From contig NC_043001.1 in the NCBI RefSeq assembly GCF_006345805.1, positions 93,062,001 to 93,126,000 on the forward strand: 64,000 nucleotides of DNA. The letters are read 5' to 3'. The notes under the pieces were generated by a model, which saw only the letters and a program-made list of their open reading frames with translations, searched no databases and was not told the origin of the DNA. This document shows, one piece after another, positions 54,240 to 64,000 of this stretch. Origin of the DNA: Octopus sinensis (Eukaryota). The position numbers were made by a program, and so were the translations under genes. Position 1 is the stretch's first letter; each line of letters starts with the position of its first letter.

Positions 54240-54575
54240 GGCATAAAAGAGAAAGAAAGTTAAATACAGAGGACTGCCGCAAGAAAGGGTAGAGAACCTG
54301 ATAATCGCCTGTGGAGGCTGGCTGGTGTGGGATTTGCAGGGCGTTTCCCGAATGAGGCCCATGGAATCCTGGGTATTACAGAAATGAGAAGAAAAAGCAC
54401 CCAATCGTTAGCAACGTAGAGGCTGCTGAGAAAGCATCTATAAGGCTCTGATTGAAAAGAGGACACCGGTTGGGTCAGGAGAACGCCACTCAGACACAAA
54501 GTCGCCTGAATGAGGATGGATTTTGTAAGACATGGAACACGAAATTACTACAGGGTACAACACTGTCGATGCAAA
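54240..54575 (+). mobile_element. HERO/NeSL-type non-LTR retrotransposon 3' fragment
   Basis: Frameshifted pieces KVKY..L, PVEAG (cf. PVEVGCRGF), ILGITEMRRKS and EAAEKASIRL*LKR (cf. AAExASRWLWxKR), followed by a 3' UTR-like GTCGCCTG...GGGTACAACACTGTCGATG. Confidence 0.75.
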
Positions 54576-54620
54576 AATAAGCTGTAGACGGATGTACAAT
54601 TATTCGAATTTTTATAACAT

Positions 54621-55239
54621 TGTTATTTCTGTAGTCCTTTTTCCTCATGGAGAAATTACAACCGTGTTTCGTGGTCTGTTACCACAACAGCTCCTTTATA
54701 GGACCCAGTTAGCTCAAGACATCATCAGGAAGAACCACGCCCGGTTTCGGCCCCTACACCTCTACCGTTTTGACGTGGCGCCCCGCCCCCTTTCGAAGGT
54801 GTCTTCAGCTCTGGTGTTGGGTGCATGTCTTCTTTCTTCTTCTTTCTTCTGTTTCCTGGCCTCTTCGATGTATCGTCAACGAATGTCAGCCTGTGTCTGA
54901 CTGACTTGTCAAATTTCTCCCTTTAAATACCTGCCGCATGGGCTCCAGCATGCAGCCCCAGAAAGTTGTCACGTGACACTGTCTCACCTTAACTGACTAG
55001 TGAAGGCGCGTAGTTTTAGCCCGCGCTTTTTCTAAACGACCTTCACCTGTCAGGCAGCCCCAGCAAGTTGTCACGTGACACTGTTTCACCTTAACTGACT
55101 AGTGAAGGCGCGTAGTTTTAGCCCGCGCTTTTTCTAAACGACCGTCACCTGCCAGTCAGCGAAGCTGATTCAGTCAGCTTGTCTCACCTAATGATGTTAT
55201 TTCCCGTCGGCGTGTTTATGACTTTCAAGCCATTTTACA
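54621..55239 (-). mobile_element. LTR-like or Penelope-like repeat island
   Basis: GC-richer island reading TGT...ACA on the minus strand, TATTTAAAG at 54921-54929, a 102-bp tandem duplication, and CTGA.GA/CGAAAC words. TSD not confirmed. Confidence 0.4.
54952..55155. repeat. 102-bp tandem direct repeat (98/102 identical)
   Basis: Units 54952-55053 and 55054-55155, each with TGTCACGTGACA. Confidence 0.95.
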
Positions 55240-56625
55240 ATTTCGAATGCCTCTCGGTTAGACTAGATGACACCCCTGGTTAAACCATAGATCTAAGGAA
55301 GGGGATTATGGGAAGGTGAAAAAGTAATACTTTAACTGCCCCAAAAATATTGAACTGAGATCACTACAATCAGTAAATTAAATAAGCATCCTTCAGTTGA
55401 ACAATAATTTCACCCAAGTCAGAAATCGTTCCTCTGTACTTACTACATGGTACTCCAAGCCAATGAGAGAGTCTTTATGCCATCGCCCCGGTAGAAAGAG
55501 CAGTTAAAAAATACTTCAGGTCACATACCACCATAAATGTGAACTGTATTTGTTCCTAAATATAGTATGCTTAAAATTAGACGGGGTGGTTATAGATGGA
55601 ATGTCTTTTACCATAAATCTACTCAAGCAAGACAGACCTGGTGGTATACAACCACAGCAGGAAACCACATGGTACCGATTTAAAGCGTAGTAGACCTGAG
55701 ACAACGACTGAGTGGAAAGTGTTTTAGTCATAAACGTATTGGTAATGGGGTGCAGAACATCATATTAACTCAGAAAATTGTGAGAAACTTCTAATGGTGT
55801 CGTAGGAAGTGATTTTTGTTTGTGCTTCAGGAGATATTGGCGAATTAGTCGTTATAAGAAAATATTGGCGATTCCTGTACGAATATACGTATATATATGG
55901 GAGTGTGTAAGTATGTGTATGTAAGTAAGTATGTATGTATGTATGTATGTATGTATGTATGTATGTATGTATGTATGTATGTATGTATGTATGTATGTAT
56001 GTATGTATATATATATATATATATTTGAATATGTATGTGTGCGTATGAAAGTTCATGTAATACGTATGTGTGTGTTCATGTTTGTTGTCTGAAGCCTGGT
56101 CGGTAGCAGGTTATGGCGGTGGTATAAAAGTGTGATTTGAAATTAGGAAAAATATATCTGATATAAATAAGCGTACATGATTGAAGAAAGCAAAATAAAA
56201 TATACAGGAAAATAATAACTAATAACTGAAAAATACAATAAAACGGAAAATATAGAAATGAGAGAAATGATTGAACCAAAATCATAATGAAAGAAAGATG
56301 TGTTAAGAGGTAGAGTCTCACCAATTTCTAAAGATTTAGAAAACAGTGATGTTAAAGAGATCGCTAACGCTCTTTTTGATCTGACGATGTTAAAAACTGT
56401 CAATAATCAAGTAATTTTATAATCAAAAGTACTTGTGTTTGTATGTGTATATATGTGTGTATATGATTTTTATACATGTATATATATATATTATATAATA
56501 TATATATATATATATACTCCACACATACGTACATTCATGCATATGTACATATAGGTGAATATACACATACAATATTTATATGTGTGCATATATGTATATA
56601 AACACGCGTATACATATACATAGAA

Positions 56626-56686
<61 letters not shown>

Positions 56687-57074
56687 GCACATATATATGT
56701 ATATTGTATATGTATGTATATATATAAACACAAATTATCATATTTTAGACATTTAAGCATTTACACATTTACACTAAACTATTTCTTCAAAAATATATAC
56801 GCATGCATACATATACTTTCATGCAGACACACAGATACGCACGCACGCGCGAACACACAATCACACAAACACAAACACGCATTCACATACACATACTTGT
56901 ATATATAATGATATATGTTAAAGTGTGCACTGTATATAGTAATATATAGATATATACATAAATATATATATATATATATGTAGTAGTGATATATACCAAT
57001 ACATATGTGTGTGTGCGTGTGTGTGTGTGTGTGTGTATGCGTTTGTGTATGCATGTGTGAGGATATGTATATGC

Positions 57075-57106
<32 letters not shown>

Positions 57107-57382
57107 ATATATATTGTTTTCATATTTTGAGTAATTTATTTCAATACTTGATTGAAATGATAAGACGCAGAGTTGTATGATGCAGTGATTTCAATTGCCG
57201 CAAATACTGAATAGAAAACGGTTCTGTGTCTGTACATACGTCATATACATCAATATATTTATACCTATATTTATATATTTCCATTTCTATGTCCATATCT
57301 ATCAAAATGATATATATATATATATATATATATTTACGTATATATGTATGTGCTTACATATGCGTATATATATATATATAAT

Positions 57383-57450
<68 letters not shown>

Positions 57451-57692
57451 GTATATGTATGTATATATATGTAATCATTTATTTTCTAGTTGTCTGTTCT
57501 CAATTTCAATCGCTTCATCGTTTTATCCCCCACAAAGCAACCATCCTCATGATTCTAATAAAGTGAAAAGAGAATGTGATAATATATTCAGGCTTAATGT
57601 GATATTTCAGGTCCATATAGAAGATTCAGCAATTCAATCTCATTGAAAAGGTTAAAAGCGTAGAGGCATTTAAATAGCGAATTATATGTATG

Positions 57693-57726
<34 letters not shown>

Positions 57727-58452
57727 TGTATGTATGTATGTATGTACAAATATATTTCTGTGTGTGTATCTGTGTGTGTGTATCTGTGTGTGTGTATCTA
57801 TATGTCTTTATATGTATAAAATTACACTTATTATATTATATTATATGTGTGTATATATATATGAATAAATAATATATATATATATATTATATATAGAATT
57901 AATATATATATTGAGAAAAGTATATACAAGCATGCTCATACTTATGTAATATTCATAAACAATTTTAGAATTAAATATCTAACCAACCCGCTCGATTCAC
58001 CACTTTAATGTCGAGTTCTTCCAAAATTCGTGCATACTGCTTGATGTGTGCAGTTAAATCTGAAAATGGCCTTTTGCGATTGACTATCATTCAAAGCGCT
58101 TCGGGTATTACTACACACTATCGTAAACAGATTTAGTGAAAGTTGTTTTTCAGCTTTACATATATATATATATGAAATAGTCATCCTTTTTTAGTTAGTC
58201 CTCACTTATTATTGAGTAAGTCCTTGTAATCATTTCAAATAGTGTGCTGGAAATTTAATATCTATTTGGTCATGATTACCTTGTTTTTATACATATACTG
58301 AATCTAATAACGGGTAGGTTCTGCCAATTTTCAGTGGCATTTATTTTAATACAATGTTCACGTTTAAAACTACATGTAACCCACAAAAATTGTACAAAAC
58401 ACCCATATATTATTTGGCTACAGAAGTATTCTTTTAATCACCCACTTTTCTG

Positions 58453-58522
<70 letters not shown>

Positions 58523-58611
58523 TTAAAATGATACATATCTACGCGGATATAGAGGAGCTTTTCGTGATAGCCACGTGATTCTGCGAATCCCTATATTGCA
58601 CTTAAGAGGGA

Positions 58612-58940
58612 AGATCCCTTCTGTCTCGATTGATCATGGGATTGCACTTAGAAATTTCTTTTGCGAGGCACAAGTCTTGGCAAGGCTATCTGTGGAAGAC
58701 CAGCAGTCGCCTGTGCATACCAGTCTTCCATTTCCACGCCACCGATGTTGTCCAATGGAAAGCTAAGGCTGATAGAACTTGGAACCAGTAACATCGCAAC
58801 TCATTTCTACAGCTGACCGAACTGGAGCAACGAGAAATAAAATTGTTTTGCTCGAGAATACAACACACAACCCTGTCCGGAATTCGAACTCACAACCTCA
58901 CGGTTGTAAGCTCGGCGTTGTAACCTCTGTACCAGGCACC
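58612..58940 (-). mobile_element. SINE family D, full length, diverged
   Basis: Homologous to 52893-53220. Confidence 0.85.
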
Positions 58941-60328
58941 TTTATATATTGCACTACATGCACACGCACACCCACACACACAGACCAAATTCTCAGTGGA
59001 CAACCAGCAAGGCAGTATTTTGCAGCTGAAACTTTATACAGACAACAAAAAGTGTATGGCTTAATGTCATCAATGTCATCTAAAAATATGACGTCACTCG
59101 ACATCATCCTGACGAATCATCGTCTTACTCAGGGCTTCCAATTCCTGGTGGAAGTTATTTTCCATTAACAATGGTATACATTATTAAAAAAAAAGGTTAA
59201 TCATTTATTTAAAGAGTGATTGTGTGAAAAGGCCAGCGACACGGCGGAAATGTAACGTTGCTGTGTTTAGTTTTATAGCTTTACATACTGAGTTCAAATC
59301 CCGAGGGTGAGTTGTAGCTATTGCATTTAATCCTTTTGTCTCTGATAAAATAATGGATGGACACATGCCATGTGACAGATTTAATAGACTCTGTCTTTCT
59401 TTATGAATGTGTTGCTTTGTAACAATATGATAAATATAACCAGCATTGTATATAACCAGCACTGCTGAGTAAGACATTAGCTCCAAGTCATATGGTGCTG
59501 TAAGTGGGTTTCATTCCTCATTTACATAATTTCACTTGACTTACAATCAGGAATATTGGCCCAATTCCCCTCCATGAACGTATTCCCCTTTAGCGTATAT
59601 CTGCAAACGAAGATCTCTATCTCCAACTGTCTCTGCATGCATGCATATATATATATGCACATCCACAAACGTAGCGGCTTTTGTGTGCGTGTGTATACTA
59701 ACATAATTACACACATACATATATTAGCTGTTAGCGACAGAAGCAGCTTTTGTAACGAATGTTCATTAACATAGCCAACTTAACTTGGATGTGCTGATTA
59801 TAACGCCTTAGATTGGAGTAAATGTCACCATAAATCGTTTCGCTTAGACAACAAATGTTAAAAGACATCGAACGTCGGTTATTGGTTGACGAAATTCCAT
59901 CATTGCATCGGCAGAAAGCACTACAGTATCACGTAATTTCACCGCATCGTGGATCATCAGCGGCAGCTAGCCGACCCAAATGCCAGACAGAAAATCAGTC
60001 AAACTGATGAATGCATGTATGCTGGTGTATATATTAATATATATTACTGTATGTAGGGGATCTGCCAGTGAAGGCCAAGGTTTGAGCAGGATATTTCGAG
60101 GGAGTCTGGCAAAGTAAATAACACCCATTTGGGATGATACTGCTTGCTACAAGTATCGCTGCGTAATACAAACAGCCGGAACAGATGCATTTTTGCTGTC
60201 TGCAAAACAGACTAGAATCAAAGTTCACCTCGTTGGGTTTTGAACTCGGAGCGCTGAGCGTTGGTATAAATACAGTAAAGCATTCTGTTCAACAGCTCTA
60301 CCACTTCGCAGACACACACACACAACAC

Positions 60329-60365
<37 letters not shown>

Positions 60366-61071
60366 CCATATTTTAACGTGTATAAGGAACACATTTTTGT
60401 CAAAGATTAGGTTAAGAAAACAAGGGAGTTTGTTATACATGGATTGAATAATAATCCCTTACAAAGCCTTTTTTTTCCATATTTTAAGCCCCCGAATTAG
60501 GGGGTTCCAAATACAGGTTAAAATACGGTATATCCCTCACATACAGAAACCTATATCCATACCTAAACTACACCTAAACATATAGAATCAAACACACACC
60601 AAAACACATTCTCACATATTTCTATGCGCTTATACTGTACAGATATAAGCACAAACCTAACCTGCACTCAGGCATGAACATTTTCAGATGTGTCATGCAC
60701 TCACATAGGCGCAATTTTAGGAAGTTACCTACATAAATACCCATGCTCCCTTTCTTTCTGATGCTACTCCAATAGTATTTGATATTCTGAGCAAAAAAAA
60801 AAAAAAAAAGAAAAAGAAAAGAACAAAACACTCTTTCCTGCTTCCCTACTTCTTAAAAAACTTTTCCTTTCTCTCTGTCTCTATCTCGTTTCCTCCTTAT
60901 ATTTGCTCTTCGTATTCTCTCTCATTTTTTTGCAGATGAAACACTAACGTCCGAGAAGTTACAAATATTCTTTTCCTCTTATTCTTTTGTTACACTACAA
61001 TATTTATCATCGTGCTGTGCTATTTATCTATTGTGTTTTGATGTTTTAACTACTTTTTGCCTTTCCCTGTG

Positions 61072-61112
<41 letters not shown>

Positions 61113-61158
61113 TGTGTGTGTGTGTGTGTGTTGTGTGTGTGTGTGTGTGTGTGAGTGT

Positions 61159-61196
<38 letters not shown>

Positions 61197-61231
61197 TTGG
61201 TGTATGTGTGAAGGCATACACACACGAACAT

Positions 61232-61284
<53 letters not shown>

Positions 61285-61289
61285 CAAAA

Positions 61290-61516
61290 GGCGGCGAGCT
61301 GGCAGACACGTTAGCACACCGGGCGAAATGCGTAGCCGTATTTCGGCTGCCGTTACGTTCTGAGTTCAAATTCCGCCGAGGTCGACTTTGCCTTTCATCC
61401 TTTCGGGGGTCGATAAATTAAGTACCAGTTTCGCACTGGGGTCGATGTAATCGACTTAATCCCTATGTCTGTCCTTGTTTGTCCCCTCTATGTTTAGCCC
61501 CTTGTGGGTAGTAAAG

Positions 61517-61520
<4 letters not shown>
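61290..61520 (+). mobile_element. SINE family A, full length, little diverged
   Basis: GGCGGCGAGCTGGCAG...GAGTTCAAATTCCGCCGAGGTCGACTTTGCCTTTCATCC...GGGTAGTAAAGAAAT. Confidence 0.92.
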
Positions 61521-61552
<32 letters not shown>

Positions 61553-61652
61553 GTTTATATATAAACAAACATAACGCACCTGCGTTCGCATACATATGTT
61601 CTCATACAATAACTTTCCAGATAAATCATCCTAGAAAAAGACACCAACGTGG

Positions 61653-61720
<68 letters not shown>

Positions 61721-61749
61721 ACATGTATATATCTATGTGTGTGTAGCTT

Positions 61750-61960
61750 TCTGTCTGTGTTTGTCCTCCACCACCGCTTGACGAGCGGTGACGGTGAGTT
61801 CCGTCGCCGTAACTTAGCTGTTCGTCAAAAGAATATAATAAGTACTAGGCTTAGAAGTTATAGGTCCTGGGGTCGATGTGTTCGACTAAAACTCTTCAAG
61901 ACGGTGCTCCAGCATGGCTGTAGTGAAATGAATGAAACAAGTAAAATAATAAAAGAATAA
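61750..61960 (+). mobile_element. SINE family B, 3' half
   Basis: CTGTGTTTGTCCTCC...GTCCTGGGGTCGAT...GGTGCTCCAGCATGGC...GAAACAAGTAAAA. Confidence 0.85.
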
Positions 61961-62491
61961 ATAGGGAAAATCGTACACACACAACACACACACATGCACA
62001 TGCACATACACACACACGTATACACCATCGCAAGCTAATGCGTGCACGCACACAAAACTAAAGGTGAGATGAATGTAAGAGCGATAACTGCATTTTGTAC
62101 CATTTATTGGAATTCTTTGTTGTTGATTACTTGCTGGGAACGTAAGATTTAAAAGTGAAGAATTCCCTGGGAAAGATTTAATAACGAGAAATTAAGGAGA
62201 TAAACAGTGGTATCTAAGTAACAAAACTATCGTTTGTTACTAAGGAATGGTGATAGTATCGATAAATTAGCAGCTTCAAAAAGCAAACGCCATACACTAG
62301 TTCCCACACAATTTGTTTTATTCTTATGCTTTTAACTTGTTTTCTGTTGTCTTAAATCCTCTTGTGATTGCCTTCTGTTCATTTTGTATCATTTTACTGT
62401 TAACAAATCGTAGACTCATCAAGTAAATGGGAAATACTCAGGTGGTTAGAATCGTTAAACTATCAACTAAAAGAGAATGATGAAACAATTA

Positions 62492-62707
62492 TTTTACTCT
62501 TTTACTCTTTTACTTGTTTCAGTCATTCGACTGTGACCATGCTGGGGCACTGCCTTTTAGTCGAGCATATCGACCCCAGGACTTATTCTTTGTAAACCTA
62601 GTACTTATTTTATCGGGTTTCTTTTGCATAACCACTAAGTTACGGGGACCTAAACTCACCAGCATCGGTTGTCAAGCGATGTTGGGGGGACAAACACAGA
62701 CACACAA

Positions 62708-62767
<60 letters not shown>

Positions 62768-62956
62768 CACATATATATATATGTATACATACATATATTC
62801 GACAGGCTTCTTTCAGTTTCTGTCTACCAAATCCAGTCACAAGGCTTTGGTCGGCCCGAGGCTATAGTAGAAGACACTTGCCCAAGGTGCTACGCAGTGG
62901 GACTCAACCTGGAACCGTGTGGTTGGTAAGCAAGCTACTTACCACACAGCCACTCC
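62492..62956 (-). mobile_element. SINE family B, full length with internal (CA)n
   Basis: Reverse complement of 16565-16985. Confidence 0.9.
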
Positions 62957-64000
62957 ATCGCCTGTGTTTATTTTCTTTTAAGAGGGTTGCTGTGTACCGT
63001 GTTTTACTCCTTCATTGAATTTGTGACAAATTGTCTAGTTGAGAGAAGTAGACGGCATATGTTCCGGATATGTAATACTTTAGCCACGTATTCAGAAGCA
63101 CATTCAACACATATCCATGTAAAATCCAAGAATCCGAAACTAAATACCAGCTATATAACAGGACTTCAAATGGTGCATTGTGATGACTCTACAATTGTGG
63201 AGATGTCACTATCGTTATCGGTCATCATCTACCATTAAGCTCCCAACTAATTTTATTGAACACATTAATTTGGCTTATAATTGATCCTTATTTTATTTAA
63301 TTTTATTTAAAAAGTATGGGTGGCACTTTCACACATCAACCAAAGCCATAACTTCTTTAGTTTCTAAATCCTCTTATAATATAGAAACATAAACCAAAAT
63401 GTATTTGTATCGTACCTCAGACTTGATATTTCGTTTAAGATGGATTCATCTTAGCCTTTTTGATGTTATTTTGGCCAACCTTCATCAAAGATTCTATCAT
63501 CTGATAACAGATGATCGAATAACTGAATGTGACCTATAAATATATTGCTCCAGTTACACCTTGCTTTCCCCAGCTTGAAAACTACACTTTCGCATGCGCT
63601 GATTTATCGCAAACGAATTCAAAGTAAACGTCTAAATATGCTGCATTTGTCTCCATAGTCAAATCTATTTCTATTAAATCTATGGGATCTGGTAGTTGTA
63701 GGATGCAAGTAAGTGGGGTCTATCAGAGCAAGACAGATATTCTTCTTCTACGCTTATCTCTGGTGACATGTAAACCGATACATTGATTCGTACATCATTA
63801 GATTCAATAAGATATTTTGAACCCTATTTGCTCCGTTGGACACTTTGTTGTGGAGATCTTGCGGCTGAGACAGTGAAGGTTTAATTCACGATGGATCAAT
63901 ATATATTATTTGAATACATACAAAATGATTTATATTTGACAGCGAAAACAATGTGAGCTCTCTTTTTGCATCAATGCATCATCTTGTTTCCTTTACTATG

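Overview
Eukaryotic, AT-rich, repeat-saturated non-coding DNA (intergenic or large intron). The microsatellite load and the four recurring tRNA-derived SINE families look like an octopus/coleoid cephalopod genome; this is recognition from memory, not a database result. No intact protein-coding gene, RNA gene or CRISPR array is supported, and almost all ORFs in the track are microsatellite translations. Supported content: many SINE copies of four families (labelled A-D here, including a TSD-flanked trimer); 3' fragments of RTE, R4/Dong-like and HERO/NeSL-like non-LTR retrotransposons; an internally deleted mariner with 30-bp TIRs; two long-TIR foldback/MITE elements; a Helitron 3' terminus; an LTR/Penelope-like island with a 102-bp tandem duplication; and five minimal type I hammerhead-ribozyme motifs next to (TA)n tracts. 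The least explained part is a microsatellite-poor block at about 20.9-27.3 kb. It holds degenerate tandem copies of a unit whose substitutions are biased to one codon position, suggesting a decayed cluster from an unidentified, possibly membrane-protein gene beside the Helitron end. Repeat boundaries are approximate unless TSDs or TIRs define them, and all counts were made by hand.
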